A stretch of 54,645 bases of DNA from a virus (IMGVR_UViG_3300048833_000212:1-54645), one strand, 5' to 3'; positions 29,607-40,621 are shown, numbered from the stretch's first letter. Notes: generated by a model from the letters alone, not told the origin. A program made the numbers and translations.

Positions 29607-29932
29607 GTTTCAAGATTGCTCAGGCGCTCGGCATGACGGTGGAAGAGGTTCATGCGAAGATGGCGCTGGGGGAGTTCTACCGCTGGGCTGACTATATGGC
29701 GGAAGAGCCACTGCTGCCGGATCGCGTGGATATCATCGGAGGCGTGATTGCCTCCACCATCGCGAATGTGAACCGTGCGAAGGGAGCGACTGCCTTCACC
29801 CATCTGGACTTCATGCCGATTGCGAAGGCTATACAGCAGCGTCATCTTGATGCCCTGGATGAAGAGCAGTTCGCGCTGATGCAGATGGAACGGTTCCGTG
29901 TGATTGTCGGAGGGAAGGGAAGACTGCGGTGA
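29582..29932 (+). CDS. tail assembly chaperone frameshift extension (gpT-like)
   Basis: ALGMTVEE...M...EF..W..Y...EP...R.D...IASTIAN.NR...DFMP. Confidence 0.8.
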   Translation, partial: PFDATERLSFKIAQALGMTVEEVHAKMALGEFYRWADYMAEEPLLPDRVDIIGGVIASTIANVNRAKGATAFTHLDFMPIAKAIQQRHLDALDEEQFALMQMERFRVIVGGKGRLR

Positions 29933-30393
29933 AAGTCGAAGGCATGGATGAACTCCTTGCTGCGCTCCAGGCTCTGCCGGAAGGATTGCAGAAGAGGGTC
30001 ATGCGTGCCTGGACCCTCCGGCAGGCACGAGCGGCGGCACGCGCTGCGCAGGCTGCGGCGCCGCGTGGACCGACTGGTAACTTGAAGAAGGGGATTGTGG
30101 CCCGGTCTTCCGGCTCTGCCAAGTTGCAGAAGACTGGCTCACTGGCTCGCGCAGTCGCCATCGGGAAGGCTCCTGCGTATCACTTCCACTGGGTCAACCG
30201 TGGCATCTCTTCCCCGCGCTTCACGAAGAAGGGAGCGAACCGAGGGACGATGCGCGGCAATCCATTCTTCCAGCAGGCCACGCAGCCGATCATCTCGGCA
30301 GCGCAGGCTGACGTCAGCAATGGCCTCGCTCGCGAGGTCCAGGCGCTCCTGGATAAGGCAGTGCGGCGCACAACGAAGAGGGGAGCCACCTGA
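29929..30393 (+). CDS. HK97 gp10-like tail-completion protein
   Basis: VEGMDELL..L..L, AP..TGNL, YHFHWVN.G, M...PFF. Confidence 0.8.
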   Translation: MKVEGMDELLAALQALPEGLQKRVMRAWTLRQARAAARAAQAAAPRGPTGNLKKGIVARSSGSAKLQKTGSLARAVAIGKAPAYHFHWVNRGISSPRFTKKGANRGTMRGNPFFQQATQPIISAAQADVSNGLAREVQALLDKAVRRTTKRGAT

Positions 30394-32561
30394 TGGCCAG
30401 CGCCGATCTTGTCATTGCCTTTGATGCCCGCATTGGGAACCTTGAGGCTGCGCTGAAGCGCACGCAGACTGCGCTCCGGAATACGGAGCAGGCAGCATCG
30501 AAGACAAGCACCACAATCTCAAACAACCTATCCACCGCTGCGCAGCGCGCGAGTTCTTCGCTGCTGGCAATGGGGCGGAACATCCTTGGTCTTGGTGCAG
30601 GCTTCCTGCTTGCACAGCGCGCAGTGGAAGCCATCACGACCGTCCTGCGCGACCTCGATGCCCTGAGCGATGTGGCCGCGCAGGTTGGCGTCGAAGCCAA
30701 TGACCTCCGGAACCTACAGGTCATCCTGGAAGAAGCAGGTGGCGCATCTGATCAGGCTGCAGCTGCGCTTGGCCGCCTCAATGACATGGTCGGGGATGCA
30801 GCGCGCGGGAGCGAGGAAGCCAACAACAAGTTCGCTGCACTCGGCATTGCCTATCGGAATGTGGATGGCTCTGTCAGGAGCACCACACAGGTCTTCGATG
30901 ATGTTATCAAGAAGATGCGCGAGGCATCCTCTGTCCAGGAACAGATGTCCATTGCGACAGAGTTCTTCGGGCGTGCTGCGGCGCGCACGATGGTTGCAGG
31001 CCTCAGCGAGATGGAGAATGGCCTCAGTGGTGCGACCTCGCGGCTGGAGAGGTTCGGCATCACACTCGGCGCCGACACCGTCAACAGGCTCGACAATTTG
31101 GGCACCGCGTTCGCAGACCTGGGGCGCGTCATCGGGACCAGCATTGCAAATGCCATCGCATACATCAGCCCTATCATCGTCACCTTCCTGGAGTGGCTGA
31201 CGCGTCAGGTCGCAAATGCAATCCAGATCATTGCCAACATCGTCGGCGCAGTCACGTCTGTGGTGGGGAGGATTGGCGAAGCACTAGGCATCGTCGTTGT
31301 CACTCCGCTGGAGCAGGCGCGCAGGGAGGTTGTTACTGCAGAAACACAGCTGCAGGGAACACTGCGTTTGGTTACGCGTGCAGCGGAGGTTCTTCAGACT
31401 GCATCTGCAGACCCAGACAGCTATGCTGCTCGCCTCGCTCGGCAGACATTCGATCAGATCAGTGCTCGCGCAGACGCTGAGAACTCGCGTCTCATTGATG
31501 CGCGCCGCGCTCTTCGTGCACTCACTCCGCCTGAGCCTCCCACTGTCGATCCGGCTCCAGCAATCGCACAGATGCAGGGAGGCGGCTCAACCACTCGTGC
31601 AGTCGATGAGATGGCGCGCGCCGCACAGCGTCTTTATGACAGCACGCGCGATCCGCTGGAGCAGTTTCAGATCAATGCCAGGGAGGCGCTGTCAGTCTGG
31701 TCATCTGGTCGCGTGACAGAAGCATTGGGCGGCTTCGACACGATCAGCCGCGCTATCAGCGAGTATGCAGTGAACGCATACAACGGTCTGACGCAGGCAG
31801 GCGCGACCTCTGAGCAGGCGCAGGCGCAGGTGTCTGCAGCAATCACCGCAATGGGCGCAAGCCTCACAGTCGGGAGCACGGAGTGGACGCGCTGGCAGGA
31901 GGTTGTCGCAGCAGCCAATGCCGAGGTCGCGCGCAATGTCCGTCAGACCAACAGCGAGTTGGAAGGTGCGACGAAGCAGGCCAGCGGGAACATCGACCAG
32001 TCTCTGCTCGGACTGCTCGAAAGCGTTGGCACTGGCACGTCCACATTTGAGGATGCATGGAAGCGCATGCTGGAAAGCATCCTGCGTAGCGTCATCGAGT
32101 TTGTCTATAAGATGACCATCCAGGCTGCGATCCTCAACGCTCTGAAGGCAGCATTCAATGCCTTCGGCGGAGTGCTGCCTAGCGCGAGCGGAGGCGCCAG
32201 CACGGGAGGGAGCGGGCAGGGGCGATCCTTCGCAGGCTTCCCAGCGGATGGAGGCACAGGCGACGCTCCCGGCGCCGCGCTCTTCTCTGCGTCTTCGTTC
32301 AGCACTGGTGGCGGCGGAGGCAGCACAGTTGGCCGTGGCCTTGTGCCTGCAGTCGATGCGCGCGAAGAGCCACAGGTGAACGTCTCCATCTACAACAACG
32401 CAAACAACACGACCACGCGCCAGCGCGAGACAACTGACAGCCGTGGGAACAAGACGATTGAGGTTATGATCGAAGAGGTTGTGAAGGGAGCCTTCGCATC
32501 CGGCAAGATGGACCCGGTCATGCAGCAGGGATACGGGCTGAGCAGGCAGGGGAGGATTTGA
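30393..32561 (+). CDS. tape measure protein (722 aa)
   Basis: Long Ala-rich helical ORF after the chaperones, with a lambda-H-like C-terminus. Confidence 0.9.
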   Translation: MASADLVIAFDARIGNLEAALKRTQTALRNTEQAASKTSTTISNNLSTAAQRASSSLLAMGRNILGLGAGFLLAQRAVEAITTVLRDLDALSDVAAQVGVEANDLRNLQVILEEAGGASDQAAAALGRLNDMVGDAARGSEEANNKFAALGIAYRNVDGSVRSTTQVFDDVIKKMREASSVQEQMSIATEFFGRAAARTMVAGLSEMENGLSGATSRLERFGITLGADTVNRLDNLGTAFADLGRVIGTSIANAIAYISPIIVTFLEWLTRQVANAIQIIANIVGAVTSVVGRIGEALGIVVVTPLEQARREVVTAETQLQGTLRLVTRAAEVLQTASADPDSYAARLARQTFDQISARADAENSRLIDARRALRALTPPEPPTVDPAPAIAQMQGGGSTTRAVDEMARAAQRLYDSTRDPLEQFQINAREALSVWSSGRVTEALGGFDTISRAISEYAVNAYNGLTQAGATSEQAQAQVSAAITAMGASLTVGSTEWTRWQEVVAAANAEVARNVRQTNSELEGATKQASGNIDQSLLGLLESVGTGTSTFEDAWKRMLESILRSVIEFVYKMTIQAAILNALKAAFNAFGGVLPSASGGASTGGSGQGRSFAGFPADGGTGDAPGAALFSASSFSTGGGGGSTVGRGLVPAVDAREEPQVNVSIYNNANNTTTRQRETTDSRGNKTIEVMIEEVVKGAFASGKMDPVMQQGYGLSRQGRI

Positions 32562-32562
32562 G

Positions 32563-32919
32563 ATGAGTCAGACATACGCCGCATGGCCGTTTGCGTGCCC
32601 GACCTTGTGGCAGGAGGTGCCGCATCCGGCACTGATCCGCAGCGAGGTTGATGATGGCTATCCGAAGGTGCGCCGCCGCTTCACGAAGACGTGGCGGGAG
32701 TATCAGGCGAAGTGGCGTTTGGGTTGGGAGCAGTTCGCAGCATTCAACTCCTTCGTGGAGACAGACTGCGGCGCAGGCGCGATCCCCTTCACCATGCCGC
32801 ACCCGATGACCGGCGTGACGATCCTCGTGCGCTGGAAGGAGCCGCCCACGACGATGGCCGACACAGGCAGCAAGCCCGTGTTTGAAATCAGCGGCAATCT
32901 GGAAGAGATGTTCAGCTGA
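32563..32919 (+). CDS. distal tail protein
   Basis: IRSEVDDG.PKVRRRFT...F..F...GA.PF...HP. Confidence 0.75.
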   Translation: MSQTYAAWPFACPTLWQEVPHPALIRSEVDDGYPKVRRRFTKTWREYQAKWRLGWEQFAAFNSFVETDCGAGAIPFTMPHPMTGVTILVRWKEPPTTMADTGSKPVFEISGNLEEMFS

Positions 32920-33398
32920 TGCCGCGCGCTCTCACCCCACGCGCCGTCCTGGAGGCACAGCGAGAGAACAGTGGCGATGTATTCCTCGCGCTGGTGACGA
33001 TCCACATGGGCGGAGTGACGGATGACATTCGTGTCGTCAACAACACCGAGAACATCATGTCGCGCGGCGTGGAGTTCATTGGCTGCCCATTCTCCATCTC
33101 ACTCCCGGATGACCTGGAGCAGGCCACGACCTCAGCACGCCTATCCATCGACAATGTGGACACTCGCATCTGGCAGGGAGTTCGCATGCTGGGCTTCGCG
33201 CCGGATGTTGTCATTGAGGTTGTGATGGCCAGTCAGCCGGATGAGGTCGTGATGGCGACAATGGGCCTCAAGCTGCGCGATGCGACTGCGAACCTTCAGA
33301 CGGTTTCCGGCACGCTCGTGCCCGACAGCATCTGGCAGTCAGGCTATCCTGAAGGCGACTTCGACCCGCCGCAGAATGCTGGTCTGTTTGCGCTATGA
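32919..33398 (+). CDS. DUF1833-like tail tip protein
   Basis: LVTIH...IRVVNN...F...PFSISLP...LSIDNV. Confidence 0.8.
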   Translation: MPRALTPRAVLEAQRENSGDVFLALVTIHMGGVTDDIRVVNNTENIMSRGVEFIGCPFSISLPDDLEQATTSARLSIDNVDTRIWQGVRMLGFAPDVVIEVVMASQPDEVVMATMGLKLRDATANLQTVSGTLVPDSIWQSGYPEGDFDPPQNAGLFAL

Positions 33399-33781
33399 GG
33401 GAACTGATCGGCATCCCGTATCTGAACCGTGGGACCTCCCCCGCAGGGGTGGACTGCTGGGGCTTGGTTGTGCTGTTCCACCGCATGGTCATGCAGAGCG
33501 AGGTTCCGCGCTATGATGAAACCTACAGCGATGCCGACAATGTCGGAGATGCGATCACTGCAGGCTGGGTGGACTGGGAGCCTGTCGCGCTAGGCCAGGA
33601 GAGGAAGGGTGATGTGCTCGCCTTCCGCGATCCTCGCGGCGCCGAGGTCATTCACTGCGGTGTTGTCATTGCGCCTGGGAAATTCCTTCACTGCCTCTCC
33701 GGTCGGAACTCGTGCGTGGAGAGTTACGACAAGGGCATGTGGAAGCAGCTGCTGGTGAGGATCGGTCGATGGAACTCCTGA
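33395..33781 (+). CDS. NlpC/P60 tail-associated peptidase
   Basis: IGIPY...G.DCWGLV, GDV, HCGV, FLH. Confidence 0.9.
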   Translation: MRELIGIPYLNRGTSPAGVDCWGLVVLFHRMVMQSEVPRYDETYSDADNVGDAITAGWVDWEPVALGQERKGDVLAFRDPRGAEVIHCGVVIAPGKFLHCLSGRNSCVESYDKGMWKQLLVRIGRWNS

Positions 33782-36700
33782 CGCGCAGCCGCGCAATTGA
33801 CTCCAGGACGGAGCGGCATGAGCTGCCTGAAGGCCTGGTAGTCAACGACATGATGCGCGCAGTCGGGTGGGACCTCGCCCTGCGCGACTACACTGTTGTG
33901 CTCATCGAAGGTCGCGAGGTTCCGAAGGAAGCGTGGGAGGTCTATGCGCCTCCTGTCGGCTCGCGCGTCATGATTGCTCTGCGGCCATCCGGAGGTCGCA
34001 TGGGCGGTGGCGGCAGCGGCAAGTCGGTCATCATGGCAGTTGCTTCGATTGCCATCATGGTCGTGGCAGCTGTCGTCGCTCCCTACCTCGCGGTGGGCCT
34101 AGGCTTCGTCGCAGGAACCACAGGCTACACGGTTGCCGTGGGTGCTATCACTGCTGGTATCGCCCTGGGTGGTAGCCTCGCCCTATCCGCCTTCATCAAG
34201 CCTCCCGCGATGAGCAACCGCGCCCTGACCCAGAATGCGCCGGGCGGCTCTGGCCCATCGGAGGGGAGCCTGTATGGCGTCACAGGATCGCAGAACCGGG
34301 CGGCACCCTATGGTGTCGTGCCGCGCATCTTCGGTCGCGTGCGCGTCTCCCCCTACCTCGCTGCGGAGCCGTTCGTTGTGTCGTCTGGACCGACCCAGAC
34401 ACTGCGCCTCCTGCTGGACTTCGGCTATGGGCCGCTGCTCATCGAAGATGTTCGCATTGGCACCACGCCCATCTCGCAGTTCCCGACCGCACGCTACAAT
34501 GTCCACACCTTCTACAAGAAGGGTGATCCCCTCACCATCTACACGAATGATCAGTCCAGCCTTTCAGTCGCAGCATCGCTGACGCAGGGTGTGGACAATA
34601 TCCGTCGCGCACCGCAAGACTGCAATGCGGTCTATCTGGAGTTTGCTTTCCCTGGCGGCCTCGTGCAGTTCGATGCCCAGGGGAACTCCTATGACCGGAG
34701 GGAGCACATCACCGTCTTCGCACGCGACGTGGCGAACAATGGCGGATGGATCAGCATCGGAGACGCGCCGCATTGGGCATGGTTCGGAGCGAACGATGTG
34801 GCCGGTGTCGGTCAGTCAGGCGATGTTCAGATCACTGCTTTCTCTCCAACCTTCGCCTTCCGCAGCGACAACAAGCTGCTGGTCAATCGTGGCTATGGCA
34901 TCTTCCAGGTTGGCCAGACGGTGCGCTGGGTCGGCAACCAGTATCAGATCACTGCTGTGGACACCACCACGCCTCCGCCTGAATGGGCGTCGCAGGATTA
35001 CTGGGTGACACTCAGCGGCCTGCCAAACGGGATCGCATGGGGTCAGACTGGCGGCGCAAACACTGATCCAAATATGGCAGCGCGACCTCTGTGGGATCAG
35101 CCGCAGCCTTCGGTCTGGAACCTCTCATATTCATCGCAGGCAGGCCAGCTGTCTGTTCAGTTTGGTCCATCCATCTACGATGTGGAGTTCATCGGGCGCA
35201 CGCGCATCCCTCGCACGGTGACTGTCGCAATGGTCCTCCCCTACTATGGCGAGTGGGAGGTGCTGGTGCGGAGGTCCACGCCCGTCTCGGCTGACCCACT
35301 CATCGCGAACGGCATCACATGGGCGACGCTCCGTGCGGAAGCCTGGCGCAGCCCCATCGCGCCGAATGTCCCGCGCACGATCATGGAAGTGGAGGTCACC
35401 GCCAGCGAAGAGATCAACGGCCAGGTCCAGAACGTCAGCGCGCTGGCAACCTCCTTCTACTGGGATGAGCGCATTCAGCAGATGGTCGTCAGCCGCTCGC
35501 CTGCGCTCGCGTATCAAGACCTTCTCACCGGCGCCGCGAACCGGAAGCGCATCGGCTGGGATCGCATCGACAGTGCGCGCATTCAGGCATGGCAGGACTG
35601 GTGCGCAGCCAAGTCGCCTCAGAACGATGTGAACGCGACGTGCGACATGATTGTGGACTATCGCACGACTGTGGCAGAGGTCGCGCAGACAATCTGCGCT
35701 GCAGGTCGCGCCACGCCAATCGTCGTGGAAGGCTTGTATTCGATCATCACTGAGGAAGAGGATCGTGTGCCAGTCCAGATGCTGACCAACCGCAATGCGC
35801 GGGAGTTCAGCACGACGCGAACCTGGATTGATGAACCGGAGGCAGTGAAGGTTCGCTACATTGATGAGACCACGTGGGAGCGCGCAGAGGTCATCGCCTT
35901 CATGGATGGCCAGGACGCGAACAACACGACCAAGTATGACACCCTGGACCTCGTGGGCACGACGCGACCTTGGCAGGCATGGCGCATGGGCCGCTACTAT
36001 CTGGCCGCTGCTCGCCTGCGAAAGGAGAAGATGTCGCTGACGACTGACGTTGAGAACCTGGTCTGCCAGCGGGGCGACCTCGTGCTTGTTGCGCACGATC
36101 ACCTGCTCAACTCGGCAGTCGCTCGTGTGCGTCAGGTGGACGGGAGCCTGTGGACGCTTGATGCTGACTTTGAGAGCAGCATCGTCAGCGAGCCGTTCCC
36201 TATCACAGAGGCGAATGCCGGCGCATCGAACCAGTGGCCATCCGGCTGGGGCAATTCCGGGCATGTCAATGCTGGCGTAACCGTCGCAATTATCGGGAAG
36301 GGAACTGACGCACAAGGGCGAGGCTTTGTTGATGCGGAGGTCGTGAAGGCAGTCGCAGCAGGGACCACCAACTTCTTTCAGTTGTTCCCTTCTTCGTTCC
36401 AGCGTTTTGTCAACTCGGATGACAACATCGTCTCGGAGTGGGAGATTGAAAATCTCCACATGGAGAATTTTGTTGGCAATACGATTGCGATGCAGACGCA
36501 GCCGACCACTACCACCGGAGGCACTGGCCTTGGCTCGCCAAGCATAACTGTTCCATTCCCGGCAGAAGGCGCGAGCGTCCTCATTCAGGACACGCGCCAG
36601 CCCGGCAACACGCTTGGGGTGGTGGGCGGCTGGCGCCCAAGCATCATCATCAGCTGGAACGCTACCACAGATTATCCAGCGGTGATGCGGCTCCGCTTCT

Positions 36701-38958
36701 TCACGCCGCGCTTCTTCCTCAACAACCGCAAGCCCGACCTCCTGCAGCGCGTCGTGGCAGTGCGCGATCAGCTTGTTGTCAACCCGGAAGGGACCGGCGC
36801 GAATGTCGGCGGTGCAACAGGCAACGGCACAAACATCTATCCAACCGGCTGGTATAATGCACAATACACCGGATGGACGCGCGAGGTTGTGCGCATTGAC
36901 GATGCATGGTCATACAAGGACATTGATGTTCGCGTCGCGGCTCCTGCCGGCACCGCGTCAATGTCCATCGTCTTCGTCGGCAACGCCAAACTCCCGCCAT
37001 CGAAGGTGGTGTGGGGATCGGTCGGTGTTCGCCGCATCTCCGCAGTCGGCACAGCGCCGACAGTGAACACGCGCTTCAGCGCGAAGACCGAAGCAGGCGG
37101 CTTCATCAGCAACAGCGTGTCAGCCGCACACACCATTAGCACAAATGCTGAGTTCCGTGTCGAGCACGGCCCAGTCAACTACTCCGCAACCGCCAATGCA
37201 GAGCGTTTCGATTTCGCCATCATCTTCACCCCGGCAGCAGGTGTCGCATGCGATGCTGTCTTCCGCATTCGCCTGCCAATGGTGTCGGAGACGGTGAGCC
37301 CAACTGCTTCGCTTCCGGCTCCCCCGGAGCCTGCGCCACTATATGCGCAGCTGCGTGGATCGGATGGGGTGATCCACGACCCGGCGCGCGTGCTCGCGCT
37401 CCCTTCCTCCGATCAGGCTCGCATCACCGCGCCTCCCCTCGCGGCGCCGGGGGATGTTGTGGCGTTCGGGCAGCTGGATCAGATCGTCACCGAGTGGCTG
37501 GTGGAAGGTATCTCTCCCGGCACGCAGCTGTCTGCGCAGCTGAACCTCATCGAGTATGCGCCACTGCTGCGCGATGTGGATGATGGCGTCATTCCTCCAT
37601 ACGTGCCGCCCAATTCTGAGAGTGGCTTCCTGACCGAGTTTGGGCCGGTCACAAACATCACCATCCTCGTGAGCGAGACGTTTGAAGACATCTTCTCCGT
37701 CAACGCAGTTCAGGTGACGTGGCTCGCTCCCGGATACGCAGTGGATCACTACATCATTGAGCGCGTCCTGGGAGATGGGAACCGCACGCTGGTGGCGAAT
37801 GTCACAGATGCCCGCTACACAGAGACGATCCCGACAGACGGCATCCCGAAGACCGGCACGCCGGTGGAATACTTCATCACGCCTGTCACCCGTCGCGGCT
37901 TCCGTGGCGCGACCGCATCAGGGACTGCGACTGTTCTGCCGGACACCACCGCGCCGGATGCGCCTCGGCTGAACTCCAATGTGCTGGGGACAATCACGCG
38001 CCTCAGCTGGACGCTCCCGAAGGCGCCGGACATCCGAAACTTTGAAATCCGTTGGTCGCCAGATTACACCACGACGCAGTGGAGCCGGATGCAGCTGGTG
38101 AGCCGGACTATCTCCGGCACAACCAACACGATGAGCACCAACACGCGCTCTGGCCTCTATGCGATCCGCGCTGTGGACCGTTCTGGCAACTACTCGCCTG
38201 TTGCCTACACGCGCACCATCGTGGACGTTGCTCCAGAAGTGGATACGTCTTTCACCATCGCTGGTCCTCCGTGGACTGGCGTATTCGATCGGTGCGAGGT
38301 CGGTTCTGACGGCCACCTTCGTCTCTCCATCGACCCGGCCACTGGCCTATATCACCGCGAAGGCTTCTTCTATTTCGACAACAAGTTTGTCGAGACAAAG
38401 ACGTGGGGCATGCGCGCTGAGTCGGCAGTCGTCATGCGCTCATTCCCTGATACCGCAGACGATGCGACAGGGCATGATGCGCAGGTCATCCTCTCAGTCA
38501 CGAAGGTGCTGCCTGTCCTTAGCAGCCCATGGTTCACTCCGCTTGCTCACGCGATCCCTCTGGCAGGCGATCCAACCAACAAGTCTGAATGGTCGCCACT
38601 TATCGCAGAGTGGCTGGACGGGAGGATCGTGGAAGGCGGCATGTGGCTGCAGTCCTTCGATGGCGTCAACACCCCTGTCGTCCACTCTGCTACGCTTGAT
38701 CTCTTCTTCGATCCGCGCACAGAGTTCGGCAACGATGTCGCGGCGCCGGGGGGAGTTCTGAGTGTGGCGTATCGCTATCCATTCTTCCAGCCACCAGGCC
38801 TCCAGCTGACTCTCAACGCAGGCGCACCGACCGACTACATGGTGCGGACTGCGAACACCGAGACAGGCTTCACTGTGGAGGTCCGTGCAGCTGGCGGTGC
38901 GCTCGTGACGGGACGGCGCATCGACTGGAAAGCAACCGGCATCGGCATCAGCCTGTAA
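33769..38958 (+). CDS. central tail tip / host specificity protein (gpI-like N-terminus + gpJ-like body, FN3 repeats)
   Basis: Ubiquitin-like N-terminus and hydrophobic segment; NRAAPYGVVPRIFGR; RGDLVLVAHD; YAIRAVDRSGN. Confidence 0.88.
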   Translation: MELLTRSRAIDSRTERHELPEGLVVNDMMRAVGWDLALRDYTVVLIEGREVPKEAWEVYAPPVGSRVMIALRPSGGRMGGGGSGKSVIMAVASIAIMVVAAVVAPYLAVGLGFVAGTTGYTVAVGAITAGIALGGSLALSAFIKPPAMSNRALTQNAPGGSGPSEGSLYGVTGSQNRAAPYGVVPRIFGRVRVSPYLAAEPFVVSSGPTQTLRLLLDFGYGPLLIEDVRIGTTPISQFPTARYNVHTFYKKGDPLTIYTNDQSSLSVAASLTQGVDNIRRAPQDCNAVYLEFAFPGGLVQFDAQGNSYDRREHITVFARDVANNGGWISIGDAPHWAWFGANDVAGVGQSGDVQITAFSPTFAFRSDNKLLVNRGYGIFQVGQTVRWVGNQYQITAVDTTTPPPEWASQDYWVTLSGLPNGIAWGQTGGANTDPNMAARPLWDQPQPSVWNLSYSSQAGQLSVQFGPSIYDVEFIGRTRIPRTVTVAMVLPYYGEWEVLVRRSTPVSADPLIANGITWATLRAEAWRSPIAPNVPRTIMEVEVTASEEINGQVQNVSALATSFYWDERIQQMVVSRSPALAYQDLLTGAANRKRIGWDRIDSARIQAWQDWCAAKSPQNDVNATCDMIVDYRTTVAEVAQTICAAGRATPIVVEGLYSIITEEEDRVPVQMLTNRNAREFSTTRTWIDEPEAVKVRYIDETTWERAEVIAFMDGQDANNTTKYDTLDLVGTTRPWQAWRMGRYYLAAARLRKEKMSLTTDVENLVCQRGDLVLVAHDHLLNSAVARVRQVDGSLWTLDADFESSIVSEPFPITEANAGASNQWPSGWGNSGHVNAGVTVAIIGKGTDAQGRGFVDAEVVKAVAAGTTNFFQLFPSSFQRFVNSDDNIVSEWEIENLHMENFVGNTIAMQTQPTTTTGGTGLGSPSITVPFPAEGASVLIQDTRQPGNTLGVVGGWRPSIIISWNATTDYPAVMRLRFFTPRFFLNNRKPDLLQRVVAVRDQLVVNPEGTGANVGGATGNGTNIYPTGWYNAQYTGWTREVVRIDDAWSYKDIDVRVAAPAGTASMSIVFVGNAKLPPSKVVWGSVGVRRISAVGTAPTVNTRFSAKTEAGGFISNSVSAAHTISTNAEFRVEHGPVNYSATANAERFDFAIIFTPAAGVACDAVFRIRLPMVSETVSPTASLPAPPEPAPLYAQLRGSDGVIHDPARVLALPSSDQARITAPPLAAPGDVVAFGQLDQIVTEWLVEGISPGTQLSAQLNLIEYAPLLRDVDDGVIPPYVPPNSESGFLTEFGPVTNITILVSETFEDIFSVNAVQVTWLAPGYAVDHYIIERVLGDGNRTLVANVTDARYTETIPTDGIPKTGTPVEYFITPVTRRGFRGATASGTATVLPDTTAPDAPRLNSNVLGTITRLSWTLPKAPDIRNFEIRWSPDYTTTQWSRMQLVSRTISGTTNTMSTNTRSGLYAIRAVDRSGNYSPVAYTRTIVDVAPEVDTSFTIAGPPWTGVFDRCEVGSDGHLRLSIDPATGLYHREGFFYFDNKFVETKTWGMRAESAVVMRSFPDTADDATGHDAQVILSVTKVLPVLSSPWFTPLAHAIPLAGDPTNKSEWSPLIAEWLDGRIVEGGMWLQSFDGVNTPVVHSATLDLFFDPRTEFGNDVAAPGGVLSVAYRYPFFQPPGLQLTLNAGAPTDYMVRTANTETGFTVEVRAAGGALVTGRRIDWKATGIGISL

Positions 38959-38968
38959 GGATAAGATC

Positions 38969-40621
38969 ATGACACAGTTTGCAAAGCCCACGCTGGTCGC
39001 TACCACGGACGATGGCACGACGCTCGCTGCCAAGTTCAATGGCGCAATCGGCGCACTCTATTCGATGCACTCGGGAGCGACTGCGCCTGCCTCTCCCACC
39101 GAAGGGCAGGGGTGGGTTGACACGTCGCAGATCAGCGGCACTCCGAAGCGCGTGACGTTCCGGACCTTCCAGGCGGGAGCGTGGTATGCCATCGGCACAC
39201 TCGACATGGACGCCAACCTCTACACCGTCACTGGCGGCGTCCCTTCGTCAGGCGGCACGCTGACGGGACCGATGCTGTTCCCCTTCGGGACGGCAGCTGC
39301 ACCATCCATCGCCTTCGCAGGCAACACCAACACCGGCATCTTCCGGATCGCTGCGAACTCTATCGGCTTCACCACGAATGGCGTTCAGCGTGTCGCGCTC
39401 ACTGGCACATCATTCGACATTGCGACAGGGAACATGAGCCTGTCGGGCGCATCGTCCACATTCAACATCGACCGCGCAGGCTCTGCTGGCTGGTCGCAGA
39501 TCAACTGGCGTGTCGGAACCTCCAACCGTTTCGTCGCTCGGGTTTCTGGAGCGGAGTCAACCGGCAATGCAGGCTCCAGCTTCAACCTCCTGATGTTCGA
39601 TGATGCTGGCACCCAGATCGTCAACTTCATGAACATCCAGCGCAACACCCGCCAGATGGGCATCAATGGGACGTTCATCGGCTCTGCTACCGTAGGCATC
39701 CGGTCCAACGATGGCGCGAGTGCGGCGTATGATGCCATCGAGTGCATGAATACCAGCACTGCAGCAGATGCCTACGCAAGCATCAATCTGCGGACTGCTT
39801 CCGGCGCTCTTCGTGCGGCCATCCGTGGCGAGCGTCCTGGGTCCACAAACCATGGCGACCTCGGCATTTGGACAGGCGTGACTGGCGTCCTGACGAAGGC
39901 TGCGACCTTCCGCTCCAACAATGACCTGGACGTGGTTGGGCAGGTGAATGCTCCGTCCTTCAATGGCGTTCTTGTCTCGCCAACCGGAGGGAAGATCAGG
40001 TCATTCGCAGGTATCAATGACGTCACCTTTGGCTGGCAGGTCATTGGCACCGGCGCCCAACTTTTCTATCGCATTGACGGCGCCAATGACCGCACGCTTC
40101 CCACTGCGACGAATGCCACTGGCTTCACCTATGCGGCAGGCGGCGGTGGACCGACCGGCGTGGCCTTCAATGGCCTGTCCTTCGCTGGTGACTTCTTCGG
40201 CATCTTCGTGGACGCCATCTCCGATGAACGGGTGAAGGAGAACATTCGTCCAACTGAGGTCGATGCTCTCGGCATCGTCGCCTCGGTTCCTGTCCGCGCC
40301 TTCGATGTGAAGGCGGAGGTCGCAGCGTGGCAGAGCACCATCGGCCTCGCGCATGAGCAGCGTGTTGAGCGGATGGCCAATGCGAAGGCAGCGCCGATCC
40401 CCATTGGCTTCGTCACACAGGAACTCGGCGCACGCGTGCCGGAAGCAATCAACACTCCGCCCGCAAGCCACAAGCAGCCGGAAGGTTCCCCGCTGCCGGA
40501 CGATTGCCAGACATACTCGCCAGAGGCGCTGGTGCCTTACCTGTGGCGCGCCATCCAGCAGCAGCAGGAGATGATCAGCGCACTCACCAGCCGGATCGCT
40601 TCCCTGGAGGCGACGAAATAG
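38969..40621 (+). CDS. tail fibre with C-terminal intramolecular chaperone (peptidase S74)
   Basis: GTAAAPSIAF..NTNTG; ISDERVKENI...GFVTQEL...LVPYLWRAIQ coiled coil. Confidence 0.88.
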   Translation: MTQFAKPTLVATTDDGTTLAAKFNGAIGALYSMHSGATAPASPTEGQGWVDTSQISGTPKRVTFRTFQAGAWYAIGTLDMDANLYTVTGGVPSSGGTLTGPMLFPFGTAAAPSIAFAGNTNTGIFRIAANSIGFTTNGVQRVALTGTSFDIATGNMSLSGASSTFNIDRAGSAGWSQINWRVGTSNRFVARVSGAESTGNAGSSFNLLMFDDAGTQIVNFMNIQRNTRQMGINGTFIGSATVGIRSNDGASAAYDAIECMNTSTAADAYASINLRTASGALRAAIRGERPGSTNHGDLGIWTGVTGVLTKAATFRSNNDLDVVGQVNAPSFNGVLVSPTGGKIRSFAGINDVTFGWQVIGTGAQLFYRIDGANDRTLPTATNATGFTYAAGGGGPTGVAFNGLSFAGDFFGIFVDAISDERVKENIRPTEVDALGIVASVPVRAFDVKAEVAAWQSTIGLAHEQRVERMANAKAAPIPIGFVTQELGARVPEAINTPPASHKQPEGSPLPDDCQTYSPEALVPYLWRAIQQQQEMISALTSRIASLEATK

